Below are positions 1 through 11,000 of a stretch of 64,000 nucleotides of DNA, one piece after another. Location of the stretch: assembly GCA_965203295.1 (NCBI GenBank), contig CBDBCZ010000015.1, positions 576,001 to 640,000 on the forward strand. The letters are read 5' to 3'. The notes under the pieces were generated by a model. That model had not been told where the DNA came from, ran no database searches, and worked only from the letters and a program-made list of their open reading frames with translations. Source of the stretch: Nitrospirales bacterium. GTDB lineage: Bacteria; Nitrospirota; Nitrospiria; Nitrospirales; UBA8639. The position numbers and the translations under genes were made by a program. Numbering within the stretch: position 1 is the stretch's first letter; every line of letters starts with the position of its first letter.

Positions 1-712
1 TTTGCTAGGGGGGGGAAGAACACCAGCAACTCAAGCTCAGCCAGCTCAAAAAGTTCACTGATCCCCTCAGGTATGCCTACACAGAGAACACGTCTAAGAA
101 TCGTTCCGGTGGCTTGGCATAGATGCGTGTAAAAAACAAGGCTGTACTAATCGTTGCTGTACCTGAGGCTGGTACTTGATACCATGTTCATGTACTTGAT
201 CTATACATACCGAAGCTATTTCCAGCAGCGTTCATTCGTGACAATTTCTATGTGCAGCCCTGTTCAACCATTCCCGATGACACCTCAAAACCATGGTTTA
301 CTGTGAACCCAATTGGGAAGAACTCCCTCTGTAAAATGGTGAAAGAAGTATGCTCTGAGGGAGGAATAAATGGCAGAAAGATCAACTATAGCCTGCGAGC
401 AACAGGTGCAACAGACCTGTATCAAGCTGGTGTTCCAGAAATTTTAATACAGGAGAGGACTGGACATTTATCGGTTAGTGGGCGTCAGCAGAGACGGTGT
501 CCAGAATCCTCTCAGCTACAGATGGCACAACTTCCCTGAAACAGCTGTCATTGCAGATCGCTTCACGTGTTCCTGTACTACCTCCTGTACCACCTCCTGT
601 ACAGCTTCCTGTGCTGGTGCCACAAATGAACTTTTTGGCTGTAAGCCACAGTCTTCAGTCCCTCCTTCACTTCCAGCCTTACCCCTGGGCAATATCCTGG
701 ACCTATAACTGA
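1..712 (+). pseudogene. Crypton-type tyrosine recombinase (DUF3504, ZMYM/QRICH1 C-terminal-like), degenerate 3' part, left arm
   Basis: Translation gives GEEHQQLK..YTENTSKNRSGG..PWFTVNPIGKNSL..NYSLRATGATDLYQAGVPEILIQERTGH, matching YR HxxR/TGH motifs. Has in-frame stops and a ~30-bp deletion near 482 removing LRHYE. Confidence 0.85.
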
Positions 713-1812
713 TATTGAGTTTAATGAGTTTTAGTCTGACTAACTTGTTTTGGTTGTTTCTTTGCTTGTAGTTTTCAGTTGTTTTCCAGCTGTCTCTTCA
801 TTTTGTCTCTTCATTCATTCACTGACTGATTTGGAACGTAAAAATTTAAATTTAAAAATTCACAATTCAAATTTTCATTTTTGTGGTAAGTATAGCCATT
901 CTTCACACCTGATATAGGTAATTTACACTTGATATAGCTGATTCACCTCTTCTGGGGTATGTTACCCATTTATAGGGCCTCTGTAAACTTAACAACCACC
1001 TAGCAACAGGCTACAAGTGCCCAAAATACCCTATCGTAACTTTGACTCAAAGAAGGGATGGGCGAATAATATGTAGTTTACGGTAATATCTCTACCCTCT
1101 ACAGGTGGCCTGATTATGAGGGTACGCAATCAGGGACGTTGGCATTAGGAGGCGGTTTGGCCAGATGATATGGAGGTGAGTACTATATCTCTAAATCTAT
1201 GCATACAAATAGTCTAGTGTGCGTGCCCACTAATTAGAATGCTGCTTCCAGCGAAGGAGGCAACATTTATATTGAGGTTTACACGGGTCTACACGTGTAT
1301 ACCGGTGTATATTGCCGTATACCTGTGTGCACTTGTGTATACCAGTGTATACCCCTGCGTATACCCGTGTATACTTGTGTATAACTCCGTATACCTATGC
1401 ATACTTGTGTATACCAGTGTATACTTGTGTATACTTGTGCATAAACGTGTATACGTACTTATGTATATTTGTGCATACCTGTGTATACACGTGTATACCT
1501 GTGTGTACATGTGTATACCTGTGTATACTTGTGTATACCCCCGTATAGCCGTATATACTCGTGATTACTTGTGTATATACTTGTGTATACCCATGTATAC
1601 CTGTGTATACTCGTGTATGCTTGTGTATACCTGTGTATACAAGACCATATGAGTGTATCCTCGCGTATACTTGTGTATGCCTGTATATACTCGTATATAC
1701 CCATGTATACTTCTGTATACAAGTGTATACTTATGTATACTCGTGTATATTTGTGTATATTTGTGTTTACCTGTGTGTTTGTGTATACCCGTGTATGCTT
1801 GTGTATGTGTGT

Positions 1813-2210
1813 GTCACGGTGGCAGAGTGTTTAGAGCACTGGACTCACAACCCAAGGGTTGGTGGTTCGAATCCCCTGGTAAATAAATATTATTTTCATC
1901 ATTTATTTGGTGTGAAGTACCATCTCATGTCACCTGTACACACCAGCCCTCCCAGCTCTAATGGGTACCTGGCATTTTCACTGGGGTGCGAATTCAACTG
2001 GCTGCTCTCATGTATCAGCCTTGGTCCAGGTGGGACTTCGGGTGCCAACACCAGATGGTGAGAGAAGCAATCAGTCTTCCTGCGAGCTCCTAGCCCGGCT
2101 CCGGGAGTTTGCCAGCACTGGCCAATAGTACTTGCTTAGTGCTTAAGCAGCTTGGCTTTGCCAGGTGCGTGTGACCGCTTCGTGGCAGGAATAGAATTTG
2201 CATTTGCCTA
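1813..2210 (+). mobile_element. tRNA-derived SINE-like element
   Basis: A-box-like tggcagagtgtt, anticodon-arm-like ctggactcacaaccca and B-box ggttcgaatccc, followed by a unique body containing cccagctctaatgggtacc. Inserted in the satellite; 3' end approximate. Confidence 0.65.
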
Positions 2211-2449
2211 ACATGCTTGTGTATACTAGTGTATACGTGTGTTTACCACTGTATACCAGTGTATACTTGTGTATACCCATGTATGGTTGTGCATGTCATG
2301 TGTTTACCCATGTATAAGTGTGTATACTTGTATATACTCTTGTATACTTGTGTATACTAGTGTATACCTGGTCATACTTGTGTATACCAGTGTCTGCCTC
2401 TGAATGCCTGTGTATGCCTGTGTATGCCTGTGTATACCTGTGTATACTA

Positions 2450-3150
2450 GTTTGTAGCAAGGTACGTGGGTGGTTCAAAGCACCGACAGTGCAATATATT
2501 CCATACAGCACTCGCTTCTAGTGCAATATCCATATTGCACCGCATAACGGCATATATTTCACCAGAAGCCTTAGCGACTACAGCTAGGTAGGCTCTCTAG
2601 AGCTCTGTAGACATTCACCGGATGGTACGTGGCTGGATATTTCGCAGACAAGCTTCAAAAACGTACTATAATTCAGTTAGCTTGACCGGCAAGGCTCTCT
2701 AGAGCTTTGTAGACACTAACCGAAAGGTACCTAGCTGGAAACGGTAAGCATGACAAAAAGGCTTTAACAACTCAAAATCTTCTCAACTATCACAGACAGC
2801 ACTCCTAGCAACTTTATTGAACATGAAAGGCAGCTAGAGGCTACAACAGAACACCGATCTAGCTCTCGCTTAGCCACAACGGCAGGCAGTATGACTCTCT
2901 ACAAACTACAGACAGATGTGGAGTAACTTACCTTGCTTTCCGATGCCGAGCGCTCTTACTGCTCAAACCAATGAGCCATTCCACTCGCTATTCCATGCTA
3001 CAAACAAGTTAAACCACAGCTTGAAGAGGACTGTATGGGAAATCCACTCGTGTAATGATTAAACAAGAGCCCTTGGGCTTCGCCCTCGTGCTCTAATTGA
3101 ATTATTGCACTCACGTATTTCCCATACAGCCCTTGGAGTTGTGGTTTAAC
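2450..3150 (+). mobile_element. IR-body-IR-hairpin element A (putative non-autonomous Crypton-like)
   Basis: IR gtttgtagcaagg (2450) / ccatgctacaaac (2993-3005). Hairpin 3008-3150 with centre CTTGggcTTCgccCTCG. Mirror copy at 36348-37048. Confidence 0.7.
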
Positions 3151-3156
3151 CTATAC

Positions 3157-3501
3157 TTGTAGCCCTTGAAGCCATACTATCAAAGGCACCGACTGGGCAA
3201 TATATGCCATAATGCTCTGTAGTAACCCCAGAGGAGGGCAATAACAGGTTATTGCCCTGTGGCTTACCACAGAGCAGGGCAATAACCTGTTATTGTCCTG
3301 TGGTTGCAGCTGTACACTTGAAGGAAGCCACTGATGGTAAGCTGAGCATGCACTGGAAGCCATAGGGCTACAAATCTGTTAAACCAAGCCACCTGCAGGC
3401 TGTATGGGGCACTCATGCAATAATTATCTAATTAGAGCCCTAATTAGTTATCGCACTCGTGTGCTATAAATTCCATACAGCCCTTGGTGGCTGGTTTTAA
3501 C
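3157..3501 (+). mobile_element. IR-body-IR-hairpin element B (hairpin apex deleted)
   Basis: IR ttgtagccct (3157) / agggctacaa (3364-3373). Hairpin gttaaacca..tggttttaac at 3378-3501. Mirror copy at 35998-36341. Confidence 0.6.
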
Positions 3502-4351
3502 TAATAACGTATACACGTGTATACCTGTGTATACTTGTGTATACTTAATTATACCCGAGCATACATCTGTATACCTGTGTTTGCTTGTGTATACCTGTGT
3601 ATGCGTGTACATGTGTGTATACCCGTGTATACTTGTGTATACCTGTGTATACTCGTGTATACTTTGTATACATATGTATACTTGTGTATAACCGAGTACA
3701 CCTGTGTGTAATATTCGTGTATGCTTGTGTATAACAGTGTACACCTGTGTATACTTGTGTATACCTTTGTGTGTACTTGTGTATACCTGGTGTACTTGTG
3801 TATACTTGTGTATACCTGTGTGTACTTCTGTATACCTGGTATACTGGAGTATACCCGGTATACTGGTGCATACCTATGTATACTTGTGTATATTCCGTAT
3901 ACTTATGTATACTTCTGGATATTCTTGTATACCCATGTATACTTGCATATACTTGTAAACCCCTGTAAACTAGTATACCTGTTAATGCTTGTGTATACAT
4001 GTGTATACCTGTGCATATTAGTGTATACCGGGTATACTTGTGTATACAAGGTTTGTACCAGAGTGCACCTGTGTATACCCTTTATCTAGTGTATACCCAC
4101 GTATGCTTTGGTACATCCACTTATACCTATGTATACCCACGTATACCACCAGTGTATACCAGTGTATGTTTGTGTATACTTGTGTATACCCGGGTTTAGC
4201 TCTTCATACTTGTGTATACACGTGTATAGTTGTGAATACTTGTTTATACCCGTGTATACTTGTGTAGAGTAATATACATTGGTGTATACTGGTGTATATT
4301 TGTGTATACATGTGTATACCCGTGTATAATCGTGTACACTTGTATGTATTC

Positions 4352-4665
4352 TTGTACCACAATGCACCTCTACATGAAAGGCACCGCCCAGGGTATATCA
4401 GCCTACACCCTAGCGACTCATTTGAACCGTCAATATAACCTAGGGTATATGGTTGCAAGGCAACATGCTTCTCCATTAGCACTTGTTATAACTAACAGCG
4501 TTTGTAATTGTATTATGGTACAAGTCACCTGTACCATGGGTTTCTAGGGTGTATGGGTTTGAACTCTTCGTGCAGTTATAGGTATTCCCTCGGGCTGCGC
4601 CCTCGGGAATACATATAACTGCCCTCGGAGTACAAATCCAATACACTCTAGAAACCCATGGTACA
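4352..4665 (+). mobile_element. IR-body-IR-hairpin element C
   Basis: IR ttgtaccacaatgc (4352) / gtattatggtacaa (4510-4523). Hairpin 4530-4665 with centre CTCGggcTGCgccCTCG. Mirror copy at 34833-35146. Confidence 0.72.
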
Positions 4666-4999
4666 ACTATTACATGTATACTTGTGTACACCTGTCTACA
4701 CTTGTGTATACCTTTGATATACCCGTGTGTACTTGTGTATACCTGGTACATTTGTGATACTTGTATTTATCTGTGTGTATTTGTATATGCCCGGTATACT
4801 TGTGTATACTTGTGTATGCCGGGCATACTTGTGTTTACCCTCGTATACCCATATATACTCGTGTATACTTGTGTATTCTATTGTATACTGTGGTACACAT
4901 GTGTATACACTTGTATACCTGTGTATACCCGTGTTTTTCTGTGTATACCCGTGTTTTCCTGTGCACATTTGTGTATACCGCTGTATACCTGTTTATGTA

Positions 5000-5733
5000 T
5001 AGGATAGATCACTGCGTAGCGGGGTGTATGACCCGTTATCTACCGCGGGAAAAGTTATCACCCGCGGAAGCCTAGAAAGTTCCGAGGGCGAAGCCTGAGG
5101 TACTTCCGAGGCTTCCAAGGGAGATAACTTTTCCAAGGTAGATAACAGGCCATACAACCCACTACGCAGTGATCTTTCTATTTTGTACTATGCCTAAGTC
5201 ATTCTAACAAGAGTTTGTAGATCTGTAAGAAAAGCTAGAGGCTTGAAAGGCTGCACCGTTCGGCACAATAGAGCAAGCGGGCCAACTAGCATCAAGACTC
5301 GATCGATGGAGTAGAAGGCTAAGCTAGAGCAAGGAAAACATTCCCAGAAACTGTAGCAAGACTGAACGACTGCTAGGAGCCATAGTAAGTAACCATCCAT
5401 CCCGAGCCTAGTGCCATTTGACACAAAACGGTAGGATGGCAGCGTTACCACACGCACAAAAACACAGAATCTCAGCGAAACTAGAAAACAGTAGCTTACC
5501 GTACTTCTCCATATAACTTTCCAACGATTTATGGGTAAAATAGCTGCCATACGATCTGCCTAGGCTCCCCCAGCCACCAGCTACTGTAGCTTTCTCACCG
5601 TTTGAACGACTGGAACGGAACCGGGTACCGTTTTACGTGGGCAATCGGGGTATATTTTTCCCACGGTAGAATATGTCCCGTTATCTATGCGAAATGCTGA
5701 AATCTGATTGGTTAGAATGACTTAGGTATAGTA
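5000..5733 (-). mobile_element. IR-body-IR-hairpin element D (reverse orientation)
   Basis: Hairpin 5000-5180 with centre CGAGggcGAAgccTGAG. 23-bp IR at 5186-5208 / 5711-5733 (1 mismatch). tctgattgg lies next to the outer IR. Mirror copy at 33765-34498. Confidence 0.75.
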
Positions 5734-5911
5734 TAAACTTGTATATACACATGTATACTTGTGTATACCTGTGTATGCCAATGTATATGCTTATATGCAG
5801 TGTATACCCACGTGTTCCAGTGTATACCAGTGTATACTTGTGTATACCCTTGTATAGTTGTACATACATGTGTATTCCCGTATATGCGTGTATACTCACG
5901 TGTGTATACAT

Positions 5912-6240
5912 GTTTGTAGCATGGCAGCCATACAAATCAAAGGTACTGCCTACAGTTTATATAGTGTAGAAGTGTTCTAACTGCCAGGCGTGTTCTAACT
6001 TCCAATTAGTGGTAGTTAGAACATGGCAATTAGGGAAGTTAGAACACGGCAGCTGTTGCAGCTGTCACAGTGCCTTTGATGTGTATGGCTGTCATGCTAC
6101 AAACCAGCTAAACCACCCCCTAGACACGTTTACCAGCAATACACTCGACAGTTCCAGGTAAACCCCTCGGGCTTCGCCCTTGGGGTTTACCTGGAACTGT
6201 CTCGTGTATTACTGGTAAACGCGTCTAGGGGGTGGTTTAA
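5912..6240 (+). mobile_element. IR-body-IR-hairpin element E (left arm only)
   Basis: 23-bp IR at 5912-5934 / 6082-6104 (1 mismatch). Hairpin 6109-6239 with a CTCG/CTCG stem mismatch and centre CTCGggcTTCgccCTTG. Confidence 0.78.
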
Positions 6241-7384
6241 CTATAACATATACCTTTGTAAACAAGTGTATACCCGTGTATACTTGTCTATACTTGTGTA
6301 GTTGTGTATACTTTAGTAAACCCATATATACTTGTGTTACTTTGATATACTTGTGTATACCTGTGTATACTTCTTTATACCCGTGTAAACTTGTGTAAAC
6401 TTGTATGTAATTGTGTAAACCCGTATATACTTGTGTATGCTTGTATATACTTTAGTATACCTGTGTATACATGTGTATACCCGTGTAAACTTGTGTATAC
6501 TTGTGTATACCCTTGTATTATTGTTTACACTTATGTATGCTTGTTAATATTTTCTGTGTACACCCGTGTAAGACTCTGTTTACCGGTGTATACTTGTTCA
6601 TACCCGTGTATACGTGTGCATACTTGTGTGTAACTGTGCATACTTGTGTATACCATTGTGTACGTGTCTATACGTATGTATGCCAGAGTATACCCATGCA
6701 GAGCTGTGTATGCTTGTGTATACACGTGTATAGATGTGTATACTTGTATATACACACGTATAATTGTTTATACTTGTGTAAACATGTGTATACCTGTGTA
6801 AACTTGTGTATACCAGGTTATAAAATGTATAAACCTCTGTATACCATTGTATATTCGTGCATACCCGTGTATACATGTGCATACTCGTGAATTCTCGCGT
6901 ATAATTGTGTATATTTATTTATACTCCATGTATACCTCTGTATACATGTGCATACTTGTGAATTCTCGTGTATAGTTGTGTATACGTATTTATACTCATG
7001 TATACCCATGTATATACTTATGCATACTTGGATATACTTGTGTATACCTGTGTATGCTTGTTTATACCTGTGTAAACATGTGTAAACTTGTGTATACTTG
7101 TGTATACCTATGTATACTTGTTTATACTCGTGTATACCTGGGAATACTTGTGTATACTATTGTATACCCGTGTATAGTTGTGTATACATGTGTATTCTGT
7201 GTATATGTGTGTATACTTGTATATACCTTCGTAAACAAAATTATAAACGTGCATACTTGTGTATAGTTGTGTATACTTGTGTATGCCTGTGTATAATTGT
7301 GTATGCTTCTGTAAACCCGTATATCCTTGTATATTTATACTTATGTATACGTGTGTATACATGTGTATACCCATGTATACTTGT

Positions 7385-8082
7385 TTGTACCATTATGCAC
7401 CTCTACATGAAAGGCACCACCCAGGGTATGTCAGCCATACATCCTAGCGGGCGCTTTGAACTGTCAATATACCCTAGGGTATGTGGTTGCCAGGCAACTA
7501 ATGCTTCTCCTTTAGCGCTTGTCAAAACTAACAGGTTTGTAATTGTATTATGGTACAAGTCAGCTGTACCATGGGTTTCTAGGGTGTATGGGATTTGAAC
7601 TCTTCGTGCAGTTATATTGTGAACTCTTCAAGAGAAGGAAGCTTTCTGAGAGAGTAAAGAAATCTTGAAAAATCGGGACCCAGCTGGGGATTGAACCCAG
7701 GACCTTCTGAATACTAGTCAGATGCTCTTACCAATTGAGCTACTGGAGCCCCCTTGGCAGAGAAGCAGTAGGCAAGCTTTATATAGCCACTAAACCTACT
7801 AGTAGCACTTGCCAGTAGGACCCAGCCAATTCCAACTATAATTACTCTCTCATTATAGGCGTATAATTGTGTATATTTATTTATACTCCATGTATACCTC
7901 TGTATACATGTGCATACTTGTGAATTCTCGTATATAGTTGTGTATACGTCATGTATACCCATATATATACTTGTGCATACTTGGATATACTTGTGTATAC
8001 CTGTGTACGCTGCACCCTCGGGAATACATATAACTGCCCTCAGAGTACAAATACTATACACCCTAGAAACCCATGGTACAAT
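7385..8082 (+). mobile_element. Second copy of element C, hairpin split by the tRNA-like unit and satellite
   Basis: 7385-7615 aligns to 4352-4580 and 8009-8082 aligns to 4594-4666. The intervening 7616-8008 is the tRNA unit plus satellite. Confidence 0.75.
7675..7752 (-). tRNA. tRNA-Thr(AGT)-like sequence (probable pseudogene/mobile copy) within a ~240-bp repeat at 7616-7860
   Basis: GCTCCAG TAGCTCAATTGGTAAGAGC A TCTGA CTAGTAT TCAGA AGGTC CTGGG TTCAATC CCCAG CTGGGTC. D, anticodon and T arms pair; the acceptor stem has a mismatch. TTTTT follows. Confidence 0.6.
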
Positions 8083-11000
8083 CATTACGTATACTTGTGT
8101 ATATATGTATATAGTTTAGTATACTTGTGTATACCTGAGTATAATTTTGTATACAAGCGTATAATAGTTTATACTTGTGTAAACTTGTGTATATATGTAA
8201 ATACCTGTGTATACTTGTGTACCCGTGTAAACTTGTGTATACTTGTGTATACCCGTGTAAGCTTGTTTATGCTTATGTATGCTTGGTAATACTTGTGTAT
8301 ACACCAGTGTAAGCCTCTGTTTACCGGTGTATACTTGTTCATACCCGTGTATACGTGTTCATACTTGGGTATAACAGTGCATACTTGTGTATATTCTTGT
8401 AAACGTATGTATACCCACGTATACCAGAGTACACCCATGTATACTTGTGTATGCTTGTGTATACACGTGTATAGATGTGTATACTTGTGTATACACGCGT
8501 ATAATAGTTTATACTTGTGTAAATTCGTGTATATATGTGTATACCTGTGTATACTTGTGTGTACCCGTGTAAACTTGTGTATACTTGTGTATACCCGTGT
8601 AAGCTTATTTATACTTATGTATGCTTGGTAATACTTGTGTATTCACCCGCGTAAGCCTCTGTATACCCGTGTATATGTGTTCATACTTGTGTATAACAGT
8701 GCACACTTGTGTATACCCTTGCAAACGTATGTATACCCATGTATACCAGAGTATACCCATGTATACTTGTGTATGTTTGTGTATACGCGTGTATAGATGT
8801 GTATACTTGTGTATACACGCGTGTAAGCCTCTGTTTACCGGTGTATACTTGTTCATACCCGTGTATACGTGTTCATACTTGTGTGTATACCCTTGTAAAC
8901 GTATGTATACCCACGTGTACCAGTGTACCCATTGATACTTGTGTATGTTTGTGTATACGCGTGTATAGATGTGTATACTTGTGTATACACGCGTATAATA
9001 GATTATGCTTGGGTAAACTTGTGTATATACTTTAGTATACCTGTGTATACTTGTGTGTACTCGTGTAAACTTGTGTATACTTGTGTGTACCCGTGTAAAC
9101 TTGTGTATACTTGTGTATACCCGTGTAAGCTTATTTATACTTATGTATGCTTGGTAATACTTGTGTATACACCCGCGTAAGCCTCTGTATACCCGTGTAT
9201 ATGTGTTCATACTTGTGTATAACAGTGCACACTTGTGTATACCCTTGCAAACGTATGTATACCCACGTATACCAGAGTATACCCATGTATACTTGTGTAT
9301 GTTTGTGTATACGCGTGTATAGATGTGTATACTTGTGTATACACGCGTATAATAGTTTATACTTGTGTAAACTAGTGTTTATATGTGTATACCTGTGTAT
9401 ACTTGTGTGTACCCGTGTAAACTTGTGTATACTTGTGTATACACCCGTGTAAGCCTCTGTTTGCCAGTGTATACTTGTTCATACCCGTGTATACGTGTTC
9501 ATACTTGTGTGTATACCCTTGTAAACGTATGTATACCCACGTGTACCAGAGTGTACCCATGTATACTTATGTATGTTTGTGTATACGCATGTATAGATGT
9601 GTATACTTGTGTATACACGCGTATAATAGATTATGCTTGTGTAAACTCGTGTATATACTTTAGTATACCTGTGTATACTTGTGTGTACTCTGTAAACTTG
9701 TGTATACTTGTGTATACCCGTGTAAGCTTGTTTATACTTGTGTATACCCGTGTAAGCTTATTTATACTTATGTATGCTTGGTAATACTTGTGTATACACC
9801 CGCGTAAGCCTCTGTATACCCGTTTATATGTGTTCATACTTGTGTATAACAGTGCACACTTGTGTATACCCTTGCAAACGTATGTATACCCACGTATACC
9901 AGAGTATACCCATGTATACTTGTGTATGTTTGTGTATACGCGTGTATAGATGTGTATACTTGTGTATACACGCGTATAATAGTTTATACTTGTGTAAACT
10001 AGTGTTTATATGTGTATACCTGTGTATACTTGTGTGTACCCGTGTAAACTTGTGTATACTTGTGTATACACCCGTGTAAGCCTCTGTTTACCGGTGTATA
10101 CTTGTTCATACCCGTGTATACGTGTTCATACTTGTGTGTATACCCTTGTAAACGTATGTATACCCACGTGTACCAGAGTGTACCCATGTATACTTATGTA
10201 TGTTATGTATACGCATGTATAGATGTGTATACTTGTGTATACACGCGTATAATAGTTTATACTTGTGTAAACTCGTGTATATATGTGTATACCTGTGTAT
10301 ACTTGTGTGTACTCGTGTAAACTTGTGTATACTTGTGTATACCCGTGTAAGCTTGTTTATGCTTATGTATGCTTGGTAAAACTTGTGTATACACCCGTGT
10401 AAGCCTCTGTTTACCGGTGTATACTTGTTTATACCCGTGTATACGTGTTCATACTTGTGTGTATACCCTTGTAAACGTATGTATACCCACGTGTACCAGT
10501 GTACCCATTGATACTTGTGTGTTTGTGTATACGCGTGTATAGATGTGTATACTTGTGTATACACGCGTATAATAGATTATGCTTATGTAAACTCGTGTAT
10601 ATACTTTAGTATACCTGTGTATACTTGTGTGTACTCGTGTAAACTTGTGTATACTTGTGTGTACACGTGTAAACTTGTGTATACTTGTGTATACCCGTGT
10701 AAGCTTATTTATACTTATGTATGCTTGGTAATACTTGTGTATACACCCGCGTAAGCCTCTGTATACCCGTGTATATGTGTTCATACTTGTGTATAACAGT
10801 GCACACTTGTGTATACCCTTGCAAACGTATGTATACCCACGTATACCAGAGTATACCCATGTATACTTGTGTATGTTTGTGTATACGCGTGTATAGATGT
10901 GTATACCTGTGTATACACGCGTATAATAGTTTATACTTGTGTAAACTAGTGTTTATATGTGTATACCTGTGTATACTTGTGTGTACCCGTGTAAACTTGT

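Noticed and set aside
5194..5550. 118-aa ORF conserved in two copies
   Set aside because: Conservation reflects the palindrome arms. It lies in the body of a hairpin element and has no recognisable homology.
3008..6239. Hairpins as miRNA precursors or terminators
   Set aside because: Fixed linkage to IRs, dispersed copies and DNA-type GNA/tandem-GA motifs fit mobile DNA better. No U-tract or small-RNA evidence.
7675..7752. Functional tRNA-Thr gene call
   Set aside because: Acceptor-stem mismatch and differently mutated dispersed copies; kept only as tRNA-like.
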